A DNA stretch of 61,630 bases, filler included. It is 4 parts of 4 records of this genome, joined end to end, with 100 filler letters (N's around TTAATTAATTAA, not from the genome) between each part and the next. Parts side by side here need not be neighbours in the genome. Positions count along the whole stretch, not along the records: positions 1 to 18,582 come from SRR20825019_1474; 3 more parts are not named here. The stretch is one strand, 5' to 3'. The stretch's first letter is position 1, and every line of letters begins with the position of its first letter. Below the pieces are notes generated by a model that worked only from the letters and a program-made list of their open reading frames with translations, had not been told where the DNA came from and made no database searches. A program made the translations under genes and the position numbers. Shown here piece after piece: positions 1 through 10,279 of the stretch.

Positions 1-63
1 AGCGGTATGTTTTAGCCTTACTCCTGTTAGTTTTTTGGTAACAGCGGTATGTTTTAGCCTTAC
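1..63. repeat. Direct repeat AGCGGTATGTTTTAGCCTTAC x2, 42-bp period, truncated by window edge
   Basis: Identical 21-mer at 1-21 and 43-63. Confidence 0.85.
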
Positions 64-68
64 GGTAT

Positions 69-563
69 TCACCTTTCTTTCGGGCCGCCTTTCTTCTTAA
101 CTTGGTCTGTATGGTTTTTAAACCGCCACTCCAACTGTGTTACCGCTGCCTTGGCGTCGGGCACACCTGCTTTAGCCCCAATTTGGTAAAATTTATACTG
201 CATCAGCGCCATCCCATAGGCTTCATGCGCTACAATGCGTTCCACATCTGCCATAACTATTTCCAAGTTTTTTACGCGGCCGCGTATTTCCTTCATTTGT
301 TTGTAAAGTTTCAAGTCTGTAGTCATACTATCCGTGTTTAGCGTGGGCGGCAGCAAGGAACCGTTGTTGTTGTGTTGCACCTTTACGGCATCTTCTACAA
401 AAACTAGGTTACGAACCTCTAAGCCCCGATACCGCTGGCGTTGCACTGTAGTAAGCGTACCTTTGGGAAGTAAGTTTATTATTTCATTTAGCTTCCCAAA
501 AATAGTTGCCATCGTAGCTTCGTCTAGCGTTTCGTGAATTTGGTTGTAGCTTATGTTTGCCAT
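69..563 (-). CDS. Uncharacterised alpha-helical protein (164 aa)
   Basis: ATG-started ORF with AT-rich upstream region; resembles a widespread hypothetical family ending EAY..AL..Y...AKAGVPDAK...L..RF. Confidence 0.75.
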   Translation of the reverse strand: MANISYNQIHETLDEATMATIFGKLNEIINLLPKGTLTTVQRQRYRGLEVRNLVFVEDAVKVQHNNNGSLLPPTLNTDSMTTDLKLYKQMKEIRGRVKNLEIVMADVERIVAHEAYGMALMQYKFYQIGAKAGVPDAKAAVTQLEWRFKNHTDQVKKKGGPKER

Positions 564-674
564 ACAATTTCAGTTTAAAAAAACAGTGAAGCAGGTTAAA
601 GCGTGGCAGGAGCCACAAAGGTGGAGCATGCTAAATTTAATGAAAAAACAGAAGGGTTTAAGGAGAAATTACTT

Positions 675-682
675 CAAAATTA
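675..682 (-). promoter_or_regulatory. Bacteroidetes -7 promoter element (TAATTTTG) for the 69-563 gene
   Basis: Matches TAnnTTTG on the minus strand. Confidence 0.45.
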
Positions 683-861
683 AAAACTTTAAAAACGCCG
701 CCACACGTATATTTCATTGATGGATACAGTATATACTCCTGAAATAGTAAAGAAGTTGCTGTTTTAATTATAACTTTGCTACTATGCAACTGAGGCTGCA
801 AAAATGTAGTTGCAACCATTTTGCATACAGGTTTTACATCCGTTTTAAAAAATTTTATACA

Positions 862-1413
862 ATGAAAAAATTTCTTTTACTAGCCATTATACTACCGTTG
901 TTTACATTTTGCGGTCAAAACGAAACCAAAACGGAAACTAGCAGCGAAGCAGTAGTAAGTGAAACTAATACTCCTACAATTTCAGCTACCTATTATTTAA
1001 TTCGTCACGCAGAAAAAATTCGTACCAACCCAACTGATCCAGACCCTAGTTTAGAGATTAAAGGGATGCTTCGTGCAAAACGTTGGGCAGAATATTTTGA
1101 GCCTATTAAGGTTGATAATATCTATATTACCAAATACATTCGTACAAAACAGACCATTTCGTTTGTGGCGCAGCAAAAACAGGTTTCTCCTGTAGTGTAT
1201 GTTCCCAACGCGCTCTATTCGGAAGCATTTTTGAATAAAACCAATAACAAAACCACTATAATTGTTGGTCATAGTAACACCATTCCACAATTGGTTAACA
1301 AACTTATTGGGGAAAAAAAGTTTGAAAACATGGACGATAGCGATAATGCAACGCTATTTAAGGTAACGATTGATGGAAATTCTAAAAAAGTAGAAACGAT
1401 AACGGTAGAATAA
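862..1413 (+). CDS. Histidine phosphatase (SixA/phosphoglycerate mutase superfamily) lipoprotein
   Basis: LIRHAEK and VGHSNT motifs; signal peptide with lipobox-like LFTFC; start moved to ATG 862. Confidence 0.85.
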   Translation: MKKFLLLAIILPLFTFCGQNETKTETSSEAVVSETNTPTISATYYLIRHAEKIRTNPTDPDPSLEIKGMLRAKRWAEYFEPIKVDNIYITKYIRTKQTISFVAQQKQVSPVVYVPNALYSEAFLNKTNNKTTIIVGHSNTIPQLVNKLIGEKKFENMDDSDNATLFKVTIDGNSKKVETITVE

Positions 1414-1427
1414 TGTAATATTCATTC

Positions 1428-1435
1428 TATTTTTG
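1428..1435 (+). promoter_or_regulatory. Bacteroidetes -7 element (TATTTTTG) just upstream of smpB
   Basis: TAnnTTTG 5 nt before the ATG. Confidence 0.55.
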
Positions 1436-1440
1436 CAGCT

Positions 1441-1905
1441 ATGGCAATTCAGAAAAACGTAAAAATAAAAAACAGAAAAGCGAAGTTTGAGTACGAGATT
1501 CTCGATACTTTTACTGCGGGCATTGTATTGCGAGGTACTGAAATTAAAGCAATTCGCGAAGGAAAAGCATCCATAGCCGAGAGCTTTTGCGAATTTAGCA
1601 ATAACGAACTTTTTGTGATTAATATGACCGTTCAAGAATACAGTCATGCCACCTATTACAGCCATGCCCCAAAAAGTGAACGCAAACTCCTTTTAAACCG
1701 AAGCGAGCTTAGAAAGCTTGAAAAACAAGTAAAAAACTCAGGCCTTACTATTGTTCCATTGGTGCTTTTTACCAATGATAAAGGCTTGGCAAAAGTAGAT
1801 ATTGCGCTTGCACGTGGTAAAAAAGAGTACGATAAACGTGAAGTTATTAAAGAACGTGATTCTAAAAAACAACTTAGTAGAATCAAGAAGGCTTTTAATA
1901 ATTAA
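1441..1905 (+). CDS. smpB: SsrA-binding protein SmpB
   Basis: NRKAKFEY, AGIVLRGTEIKAIR, RKLLL, ARGKKEYDKRE motifs. Confidence 0.98.
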   Translation: MAIQKNVKIKNRKAKFEYEILDTFTAGIVLRGTEIKAIREGKASIAESFCEFSNNELFVINMTVQEYSHATYYSHAPKSERKLLLNRSELRKLEKQVKNSGLTIVPLVLFTNDKGLAKVDIALARGKKEYDKREVIKERDSKKQLSRIKKAFNN

Positions 1906-2038
1906 TGTTTTCTATCTATACAGCCTACCGCAACGGAAGCAATCTAAATACACCCTCAATATCTTCACTTTATTAACAAGTTTAAAATCATTTTATTAGT
2001 ATTTTGCATTCAAGAATTAACACTTTTCAACACACTTG

Positions 2039-4519
2039 ATGCACCTAAAACTCTTTCTCCTCTTTGCTTTTATTTCAGCAACAGTTTCTGCCCAAATAGT
2101 TGGGAAAGTTACCGATACCAACAACCAACCGCTATCATACGTAAACATCTATCTTCAAAATAGCTACACAGGAACCACCACCAACGACGATGGAAATTAT
2201 TCATTGAATGCTTCAGAGAAAGGAGAATACAAGGTTATTTTTCAGTTTTTAGGCTATAAAACGCTCTCCAAAACAGTTACACCAACTACATTTCCTTTTA
2301 TTTTAAATGTTTCCCTTGAAGAAGAAACCACAAGTCTAGACGAAGTAGTGGTTTCTACCTCTGAAGATCCTGCATACCGCATTATCCGTGAAACGATTGC
2401 GCAACGAAAGGAAAATCTTGAAAAGTTAAGTGAATTCACGGCAGATTTCTATTCCCGCGGACTGTGGAAAGTAAAGGATGTACCCGAAAAAATTATGGGT
2501 CAGGAAGTTGGCGATTTTGAAGGAATGCTAGATTCTACACGAACTGGAATTATTTACCTCTCTGAAACTATTTCAGAAATTGCATACCAGAAACCTAATA
2601 AATTCACCGAAAAAATAATTGCCAGCAAAGTAAGCGGTAATGATAACGGCTTTAGTTTTAATAGCGCCCAAAACGCAAACCTCTCTTTCTACGAGAATAC
2701 AATTGAAATGAATGCCGAGCTGGTTTCACCAATTGCTAGCAACGGGCTTAGCTATTATAATTTTAAATTGGATGGAATTTTTTATGAAGGACCCAAACTT
2801 ATTAATAAAATAAAAGTAATCCCCAAGCGCCCAAACGACAGGGTTTGGCACGGTTACATTTATATTGTGGAAGACGATTGGCAGCTGTACGGCATCGAGC
2901 TTAGCACCACTGGCGCCGCAATACAAGTTCCTTTTGTGAATAATTTGCAAGTAAAACAGAATTATAAATACGATGAAACCAATGACTTTTGGGTGAAGAT
3001 TTCACAAAATATTGACTTTGGTTTTGGGCTTTTCGGGATGAAAGGAGACGGTAATTTTATAGCAGTGTATAGCAATTATAACTTTAAGCCAGCATTCACT
3101 AAAAAATCTTTTACCAATGAAGTGCTTTCCTTTAAACCTGAAGCCAATAAAAAAGACAGCCTCTTTTGGAATGGAAACCGCCCCGTACCTTTAAGTGATG
3201 AGGAGCTTAAAGATTACATTAAAAAAGACAGTCTTCAAATCCTTAGAAGCTCAAAAACGTATCTAGATTCAATAGATACCAAGGCTAACAAACTGAGTTT
3301 GCTAAGCATTGTTACGGGTTATTCCTATACTAATTCATTCGAAAAATGGTCTGTAGACTATGAAGGCCCGTTGAAGAATACAAACTTTAATACCGTGCAA
3401 GGTTGGAATAGCAAAGCGGGACTTTCGTTTAGAAAATGGTATGATGACAACCACACAAACGTGTTTTTAGCAGCCGTTGAAGCAAATTATGGAATTGCAG
3501 AAGATCGCCTTCGGTTTACCGCAAACATCCTTAGAAACTTTAATTGGAAAGATAAGTTACGTATTTCGCTCGCTGGCGGTAGTAAAGTAACGCAGTTTAA
3601 CGAAACAGCGCCTATCGCTCCGTTTATAAATACATTCGCCACACTTTTCTTTGAACGAAATTATATGAAGCTTTACGAGCTTAATTTTGGGAAAATAAAC
3701 TACAGCCAAGAGGTTTTTAATGGGTTGCACCTATATGCTTCTGTAGCGTATGAAAACCGCCAACCGCTTTTTAACAATACAGACTACGTAACCATTCCTT
3801 TTGACGATGTGAGCTATACCAGCAACAATCCGCTTGCGCCAAATGATTTTAGCAATGCTGCAATCAAAGAACACGATATTGTAAAAAGTAAAATAAGGGC
3901 ACGAATTAACTTTGCCCAAAAATATTTTTCGAACCCCGATATGAAGTTTAATATTGGGAATACTAAATACCCCGAGCTTAATATTTATGTGGAGAATGGT
4001 GCTGCAATTAGTGAGTCTCATTACGATTACACACAAGTGGAAGCGAGTTTAAACCAAACTGTGTCATTTGGCAATAAAGGGCAGTTTTACTACAACTTAA
4101 AAGGTGGAAGCTTTGCAAACGGTGAAGGTATTTCGTTTGTTGACTACAAACATTTTAACGGCAACCAAACTAGAGTTGGTACCTCGGCTAATTACACCAA
4201 TGTGTTTAATTTGATGCCTTATTATGAGTTTAGTACCAACAAAAGTTATTTTGAAGGACATATTGAGCATGATTTTCGAGGCTGGGTTTTAGGTAAAATA
4301 CCTGGAATCAATCAATTAAATCTAAATTTGGTTGCTGGCGCACATTTTTTAAGCACTGAAGAAAGAAAGCCGTATTCAGAAATTTCAATAGGAATAGACA
4401 ACCTCGGCTTTGGAAAGTTTAGACTGCTTAGAGTAGATTATGTAAGGTCTTATTACAATGGTGGAAGCATGGGTGCTTTTATATTTGGTCTGAAATTTTT
4501 AGATATGTTTGGGTTTTAA
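2039..4519 (+). CDS. Outer-membrane protein with N-terminal CarboxypepD_reg-like domain (DUF5686 type)
   Basis: Signal peptide, GKVTD..PL.YVNI..GTTT..DGNYSL..FLGYKT domain, beta-rich C-terminus. Confidence 0.8.
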   Translation: MHLKLFLLFAFISATVSAQIVGKVTDTNNQPLSYVNIYLQNSYTGTTTNDDGNYSLNASEKGEYKVIFQFLGYKTLSKTVTPTTFPFILNVSLEEETTSLDEVVVSTSEDPAYRIIRETIAQRKENLEKLSEFTADFYSRGLWKVKDVPEKIMGQEVGDFEGMLDSTRTGIIYLSETISEIAYQKPNKFTEKIIASKVSGNDNGFSFNSAQNANLSFYENTIEMNAELVSPIASNGLSYYNFKLDGIFYEGPKLINKIKVIPKRPNDRVWHGYIYIVEDDWQLYGIELSTTGAAIQVPFVNNLQVKQNYKYDETNDFWVKISQNIDFGFGLFGMKGDGNFIAVYSNYNFKPAFTKKSFTNEVLSFKPEANKKDSLFWNGNRPVPLSDEELKDYIKKDSLQILRSSKTYLDSIDTKANKLSLLSIVTGYSYTNSFEKWSVDYEGPLKNTNFNTVQGWNSKAGLSFRKWYDDNHTNVFLAAVEANYGIAEDRLRFTANILRNFNWKDKLRISLAGGSKVTQFNETAPIAPFINTFATLFFERNYMKLYELNFGKINYSQEVFNGLHLYASVAYENRQPLFNNTDYVTIPFDDVSYTSNNPLAPNDFSNAAIKEHDIVKSKIRARINFAQKYFSNPDMKFNIGNTKYPELNIYVENGAAISESHYDYTQVEASLNQTVSFGNKGQFYYNLKGGSFANGEGISFVDYKHFNGNQTRVGTSANYTNVFNLMPYYEFSTNKSYFEGHIEHDFRGWVLGKIPGINQLNLNLVAGAHFLSTEERKPYSEISIGIDNLGFGKFRLLRVDYVRSYYNGGSMGAFIFGLKFLDMFGF

Positions 4520-4533
4520 ATAAGTATGAAGAG

Positions 4534-5004
4534 ATGCCAAGAATAGAGCTAAAAACGATTGTTAAGGCAGATATAAATATTGTTTTTGATTTATCAAGAA
4601 GTATAGACTTGCACAAAATATCTACAAAACACACTAATGAAAGTGCTATTGCAGGTAAAATGGAAGGGCTTATAGAGCTAAACGAATGGGTTACATGGAG
4701 AGCAAAACACTTTGGTGTATATCAAGAATTAACTTCAAAAATCACGGAATATGAATATCCAAAATATTTTTCCGATGAAATGGTAAAAGGAGTATTTAAA
4801 AGTTTTAAGCATGAACATTATTTTGAAAATAATACAAATGAAACCTTAATGACTGATGTTTTTAACTACAAATCTCCGTATGGTTTTTTGGGAACTATAG
4901 CAGACAAGCTTTTTTTAAAAACTTATATGAAGAACCTTCTTATTAAAAGAAATTCTATAATTAAGGAATTTGCAGAAACTAATAAATGGAAAGAAATAAT
5001 ATAA
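4534..5004 (+). CDS. SRPBCC family protein
   Basis: VFDLSRSIDLH, VTWRAKHFG, F.DEM.KG.FKSF.HEH. Confidence 0.85.
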   Translation: MPRIELKTIVKADINIVFDLSRSIDLHKISTKHTNESAIAGKMEGLIELNEWVTWRAKHFGVYQELTSKITEYEYPKYFSDEMVKGVFKSFKHEHYFENNTNETLMTDVFNYKSPYGFLGTIADKLFLKTYMKNLLIKRNSIIKEFAETNKWKEII

Positions 5005-5006
5005 CC

Positions 5007-5522
5007 ATGGCCATACCCTTCCCAGTACTAAATACCGAACGTTTATTTTTACGAAAAATCAATCAATTGGATGTTGACCGAATCTATTATTTTCGTTCGG
5101 ATAAAGAAATTAATAAATACATAAAGAGAGAACCGCAAACGCGAGAAATGGCTGTTGCACATATTGAATTATTGAACGATAATTTAAAAACAGACAAGGC
5201 TATTAGTTGGGGAATATTGATGAGGGATTCTGAAATGTTAATCGGTTCAATTTGTCTTTGGAATTTTTCAGAAGACAAAAAAACTGCAGAAGTGGGTTAC
5301 GACCTAGATCCAGAATTTCAAGGCAAAGGAATAATGAGTGAAGCACTAAAAGCTGTGTTGAATTTTGGGTTTAGCCAAAAGGGGTTTGAAACCATTGAAG
5401 CATATACAGATTATCGGAACATTGCATCAAAAAAGCTTCTAAAACAACATGGATTTATTCCAAGTCCAAACAAACAAGATTCTGATAACCAAAACAATGA
5501 AGTATATTACCTAAACCGTTAG
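5007..5522 (+). CDS. GNAT N-acetyltransferase (RimJ/RimL type)
   Basis: L.TERL.LR, AEVGY, FQGKGIMSEAL, N.AS.KLL. Confidence 0.9.
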   Translation: MAIPFPVLNTERLFLRKINQLDVDRIYYFRSDKEINKYIKREPQTREMAVAHIELLNDNLKTDKAISWGILMRDSEMLIGSICLWNFSEDKKTAEVGYDLDPEFQGKGIMSEALKAVLNFGFSQKGFETIEAYTDYRNIASKKLLKQHGFIPSPNKQDSDNQNNEVYYLNR

Positions 5523-6160
5523 TTCTTGTCCTCTAGCAAGGGTACAAAACGGAATTCACCATAGGTTTCTTTCTCAAATTCCAGCTCAGATTTACGTAAA
5601 AACACTGTCATAATCTGAACATTTTCACCTACAGGAATCACTAATTTACCGCCAATTTTTAACTGAGCTAACAACGGATTTGGCACAAAAGGTGCGCCAG
5701 CTGTAACGATAATTCCATCGAAAGGAGCTTCCTCTTCGAGCCCAATATAGCCATCTCCAAAAACCATTCTCTTTGGTTTATACCCAAGTTTTGGAAGAAA
5801 AAGTTTTGTCTTTTTAAACAGTTCATTTTGCCTTTCAATTGTAAAAAGCGTTGCGCCAATTTCTAAAAGTACGGCTGCTTGATAGCCACTCCCCGTTCCT
5901 ATTTCTAAAATTTTATCACCCTTTTTAACACCTAAAAGTTCCGTTTGTTTTGCAACAGTATAAGGCTGAGAAATGGTTTGATCTGCAGCAATCGGAAAAG
6001 CTTTATCAACATACGCATGGTTCACAAAACCAGAATCCATAAAAAGATGTCTCGGTATATTCCCAATAGCTTGTAATACATTTTTATCAGTAATTCCTTT
6101 CTTTTTAAGAATTTCTACTAACTTTTTGCGCATTCCTTGATGAGTAAATGTATCCTTCAC
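5519..6160 (-). CDS. pcm: Protein-L-isoaspartate O-methyltransferase
   Basis: QTISQPY, LEIGTGSGYQAA, APFDGIIVTAGA, FVPL; GTG start. Confidence 0.96.
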   Translation of the reverse strand: MKDTFTHQGMRKKLVEILKKKGITDKNVLQAIGNIPRHLFMDSGFVNHAYVDKAFPIAADQTISQPYTVAKQTELLGVKKGDKILEIGTGSGYQAAVLLEIGATLFTIERQNELFKKTKLFLPKLGYKPKRMVFGDGYIGLEEEAPFDGIIVTAGAPFVPNPLLAQLKIGGKLVIPVGENVQIMTVFLRKSELEFEKETYGEFRFVPLLEDKN

Positions 6161-6321
6161 TTGTATTGTTTTGAGGTTTGAAACTTAAAATTTTAGGCTG
6201 TACAAAGTAATCAAATAAGTGGGGTATGTACCAAATTTCAGGAGTCAAATTCTAAATAAAAAGGAAGTAAGAAATACAACAATCAAAGCACATAAACTTT
6301 TAAACTTTCCATCGAAACCCG

Positions 6322-6329
6322 TACATTTG
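6322..6329 (+). promoter_or_regulatory. Bacteroidetes -7 element (TACATTTG)
   Basis: TAnnTTTG 16 nt before the ATG at 6346. Confidence 0.55.
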
Positions 6330-6345
6330 TGAAAAACACACGCCA

Positions 6346-7314
6346 ATGCTAAAAGCGGGAGTTCTGGGTGCAGGGCACTTAGGAAGAATACATCTAAAAT
6401 TGCTGCAACAATCCACAAAGTATGAATTAGTGGGTTTTTATGATGCAGACAAAAAGGCTTCAGAGAAAATAACTTCAGAATTTGGGTATAAAAGTTTTTC
6501 AACCATGGAAGACCTTATTACCGCAAGTGATATGGTTGTGGTAGTTACACCTACCAGCAAACATTTTGAATGCGCTGAGAAAGTTCTTAAAGCAGGAAAG
6601 CACATATTCATTGAAAAACCTATCACCCAAACTGTTGCTCAAGCTGAGCAAATTAGGGACTTAGCGAAGCAAAATAAACTTCGTGGTCAGGTTGGACAGG
6701 TAGAACGTTTCAATCCAGCTTTTCAAGCTATTAAAGATAAAATTAGCAACCCTATGTTTATTGAAACACATAGACTTGCTGAATTTAACCCCCGCGGAAC
6801 AGATGTTTCTGTGGTTTTAGACTTGATGATTCACGATATAGACGCTATTTTGAGTGTTGTAAAAAGCAATGTAAAAGCTGTGAGCGCAAGTGGAGTTTCA
6901 GTAATTAGCGAAACGCCAGACATTGCAAACGCACGAATCGAGTTTGAAAATGGCTGTGTAGCAAACCTTACTGCAAGCCGAATTTCCTTAAAAAAAATGC
7001 GGAAAGCGCGTTTCTTTCAGCGTGATGCATATATTTCAGTGGATTTCTTAGAGAAAAAATGTGAAGTTGTAAAAATGAAAGACGCACCAAAGGAAACAGA
7101 TGATTTCGCAATGGTTTTAACAAATGCGGAAGGCATCAAAAAGCAGATTTATTTCGAGAACCCAAAAATTGAAAACAATAATGCTATCCTTGATGAACTG
7201 GAAAGTTTTCACGATGCCATACAGGCAGATAGAACCCCAGTTGTTTCGCTACAACAAGGAACCGAAGCACTGCGTGTTGCTATGATGATTATTGAAAATT
7301 TCAAAAAAATATAA
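6346..7314 (+). CDS. Gfo/Idh/MocA family oxidoreductase
   Basis: GAGHLG, IEKP, ERFNPA, DLMIHDID. Confidence 0.92.
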   Translation: MLKAGVLGAGHLGRIHLKLLQQSTKYELVGFYDADKKASEKITSEFGYKSFSTMEDLITASDMVVVVTPTSKHFECAEKVLKAGKHIFIEKPITQTVAQAEQIRDLAKQNKLRGQVGQVERFNPAFQAIKDKISNPMFIETHRLAEFNPRGTDVSVVLDLMIHDIDAILSVVKSNVKAVSASGVSVISETPDIANARIEFENGCVANLTASRISLKKMRKARFFQRDAYISVDFLEKKCEVVKMKDAPKETDDFAMVLTNAEGIKKQIYFENPKIENNNAILDELESFHDAIQADRTPVVSLQQGTEALRVAMMIIENFKKI

Positions 7315-7360
7315 AACCAGAAGTTTAATTTAAAAGACACCCTTTTTTACGGGCATACTT

Positions 7361-8251
7361 ATGAAAAATATTGCAGTAATAGGCGCTGGAACCATGGGCA
7401 ATGGAATCGCTCACACCTTCGCACAATTTGATTATAAAGTACAATTGATTGATGTTTCACAAACATCACTTGATAAAGGAATTGCAACTATCACCAAAAA
7501 TTTGGACAGAATGGTTGCAAAAGAATCCATTACTGAAGACCAAAAACAACAAACATTAAAGAACATAACCACGTATACAAACCTTGAAGAAGGTGTGGAA
7601 TATGCAGGCTTGGTAGTTGAAGCCGCCACTGAAAATGTAGATTTAAAGCTAAATATTTTCCGTGATTTGGATAAATTCTGCCCAGATGACACTATTTTGG
7701 CGAGTAACACTTCTTCAATCTCAATCACTCAGATTGCTTCTGTTACCTCACGCCCAGGAATGGTAATTGGAATGCACTTTATGAATCCAGTGCCAATTAT
7801 GAAATTGGTCGAAATAATTAAAGGCTACAGCACCAGTGAAGAAACTTTCAGAATTGTGGAAGATTTGTCGAAAAAACTAAACAAAGTTCCTGTAGAAGTT
7901 AATGATTATCCAGGCTTCGTAGCAAACCGAATTTTAATGCCAATGATTAATGAAGCTATTGAAACGCTTTACAACGGTGTTGCTGGAGTTAAAGAAATAG
8001 ACACCGTAATGAAACTTGGAATGGCGCACCCAATGGGACCTTTAGCTTTAGCAGATTTTATTGGTCTTGATGTTTGCCTTTCTATCTTGAAGGTTATGTA
8101 TGAAGGCTTCAAAAACCCAAAATACGCTCCTTGTCCTTTATTGGTCAACATGGTTATGGCTGGAAAACTTGGCGCTAAAAGCGGTGAAGGATTTTATGAT
8201 TACAGTCAAAACCGAAAAGCAGAAGACGTTTCAAAAATGTTTTCAAAATAA
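7361..8251 (+). CDS. 3-hydroxybutyryl/3-hydroxyacyl-CoA dehydrogenase
   Basis: GAGTMGNGIA, SNTSS, GMHFMNPVP, HPMGP. Confidence 0.95.
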   Translation: MKNIAVIGAGTMGNGIAHTFAQFDYKVQLIDVSQTSLDKGIATITKNLDRMVAKESITEDQKQQTLKNITTYTNLEEGVEYAGLVVEAATENVDLKLNIFRDLDKFCPDDTILASNTSSISITQIASVTSRPGMVIGMHFMNPVPIMKLVEIIKGYSTSEETFRIVEDLSKKLNKVPVEVNDYPGFVANRILMPMINEAIETLYNGVAGVKEIDTVMKLGMAHPMGPLALADFIGLDVCLSILKVMYEGFKNPKYAPCPLLVNMVMAGKLGAKSGEGFYDYSQNRKAEDVSKMFSK

Positions 8252-8313
8252 TTTTATAGGCAAATTGCCAACTTAAACAGTACGCTGACCCCGCAATACT
8301 GAACATTAAATTA

Positions 8314-9552
8314 ATGGCCAAAATCATCCCATTTAAAGCAGTGCGCCCAACGCGAGATAAAGTGAGTTTACTCGCAGCGCGCTCGTATGATAGTTACACC
8401 GCCGCGCAGGTGGAGTCTAGGTTGCGGGACAATCCCTTTTCATTTTTACACATTGTAAACCCTGGGTATAAATACCAAAAAGAAATTTCAGGAGAAGAAC
8501 GTTACGGACTTGTTCGCAATCGGTATCAGGAATTTAAGGAGGATGAAATTTTTATTCAGGATGAAAAACCTTCGTTTTACATCTATAAAATTGTAAATCG
8601 TGATGGTCTTGAATTCAAAGGTATTGTAGCAGCGGCAAGCACTCAGGATTACGAGAAAGATATAATTAAAAAACACGAAGACACTTTAGAGTTTCGTGAA
8701 ATTATCTTTAAAGAATACCTTAAAACAGTGGGTTTCAACGCGGAAGCTGTACTCCTAACCTATCCAGATAATAACGAATTAGAACACATCATAGATTTTG
8801 TGATGGAAAGTCGTGCAGAGTATGAATTTACTACAACCTATCGCGACACCCATTATGTTTGGAAAGTTGATGACGAAGCACTTCTGAAAAAAATTCAAGA
8901 TATATATAATGAAATTCCCGCCCTTTATATTGCCGATGGGCATCACCGCTCCGCATCTTCTTCGTTATTAGCAAACGATTTAAAAGGTGAAAACCCGCAG
9001 CATACTGGCAACGAGGCTTATAATTATTTTATGAGTTATCTAATTCCAGAAAGTGATTTGAAAATTTATGAATTCAACCGTTTGGTGAAAGACTTAAATG
9101 GTTTGAAGAAAGAAGAGTTTTTAATAAAGCTGGACGAATATTTCCGAATAGAAAACCGTGGAATGGAATACTACAAACCTTCCAAAAAGCATCATTTTAG
9201 CATGTATTTGGATGGTGAATTTTATTCACTATACCTTCGAAAAGGCAAATATGAAATCAATAATGCGCTTGACGCTTTAGATACTCAAATTTTATATACA
9301 ACTATTTTAAAACCGTTGCTAGGCATTGAAGATTTAAGAAACGATCAACGAATTGAGTATTCTCATGGAAAAAAAGACTTGGCTTATGTAAAAACTGTTG
9401 TCGACTCAAAAGCTTTTGCCGTGGGTTTTGGGTTATTGCCAGTAACTACAGGTGAAATGAAAATGATTGCAGATGAAGGTTTAAAAATGCCTCCTAAAAG
9501 TACTTACATTGAACCAAAATTGAGAAGCGGTGTCACCGTTTATGAATTTTAG
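8314..9552 (+). CDS. DUF1015 family protein
   Basis: IKKHE.T, YIADGHHR, MPPKSTYIEPKLRSG. Confidence 0.9.
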   Translation: MAKIIPFKAVRPTRDKVSLLAARSYDSYTAAQVESRLRDNPFSFLHIVNPGYKYQKEISGEERYGLVRNRYQEFKEDEIFIQDEKPSFYIYKIVNRDGLEFKGIVAAASTQDYEKDIIKKHEDTLEFREIIFKEYLKTVGFNAEAVLLTYPDNNELEHIIDFVMESRAEYEFTTTYRDTHYVWKVDDEALLKKIQDIYNEIPALYIADGHHRSASSSLLANDLKGENPQHTGNEAYNYFMSYLIPESDLKIYEFNRLVKDLNGLKKEEFLIKLDEYFRIENRGMEYYKPSKKHHFSMYLDGEFYSLYLRKGKYEINNALDALDTQILYTTILKPLLGIEDLRNDQRIEYSHGKKDLAYVKTVVDSKAFAVGFGLLPVTTGEMKMIADEGLKMPPKSTYIEPKLRSGVTVYEF

Positions 9553-9574
9553 TTGTGTGAAAAAAGAACAAATA

Positions 9575-10234
9575 ATGCGTATTTCTGAAAATTTAAAAAA
9601 AATAAATAGCGAATTGCCAGAACATGTTACGTTGGTGGCAGTTTCAAAAACAAAGCCTGTTGAAGCTATTAAGGAAGCCTATAATGCTGGTCAACGTGTT
9701 TTTGGTGAAAATAAAATACAAGAAATGGAGTCTAAATGGCAGGAGATGCCTAAAGACATTCAATGGCATATGATTGGCCATGTGCAGCGAAATAAAGTAA
9801 AGTTTATGGCTCCTTTTGTAAGTTTGATTCATGCTGTAGATAGCTTTAAACTTTTAAAGGAAATTAATAAAGAAGCACTAAAAAATGAACGAACAATTGA
9901 GTGTTTGCTTCAAATAAAAATAGCTGAGGAAGAAAGTAAATTTGGGATGGAAAAAGAAGATGCTTCAAACCTTCTTGCTTCAGAAGAATTTAAAAAACTT
10001 GAAAACGTAAAAGTCGTTGGATTAATGGGAATGGCAACATTTACCGATAATAAAGTGCAAATTTCAGAAGAATTTCAGAAATTGAAAGAAATATACAACG
10101 AGTTAAAACCCCAGAACCCTATGTTTAGAATTTTAAGCACCGGAATGAGTGGTGATTATGCTTTAGCCATTGAAAATGGAAGCACAATGATACGTGTGGG
10201 AAGTGCAATTTTTGGAGAACGCAACTATATTTAA
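9575..10234 (+). CDS. yggS: PLP homeostasis protein YggS
   Basis: LVAVSKTKP, FGENKIQE, WHMIGH.Q.NK, GMSGDY, RVGSAIFG; start moved to ATG 9575. Confidence 0.95.
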   Translation: MRISENLKKINSELPEHVTLVAVSKTKPVEAIKEAYNAGQRVFGENKIQEMESKWQEMPKDIQWHMIGHVQRNKVKFMAPFVSLIHAVDSFKLLKEINKEALKNERTIECLLQIKIAEEESKFGMEKEDASNLLASEEFKKLENVKVVGLMGMATFTDNKVQISEEFQKLKEIYNELKPQNPMFRILSTGMSGDYALAIENGSTMIRVGSAIFGERNYI

Positions 10235-10279
10235 CAGCGCTTAATTCAACAAAAAAATAGAGAATACTTAAGAAGGAGA

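Noticed and set aside
1-63. CRISPR array
   Set aside because: Only two visible copies, 21-nt repeat and 21-nt gap are short for CRISPR, no palindrome, no cas genes nearby
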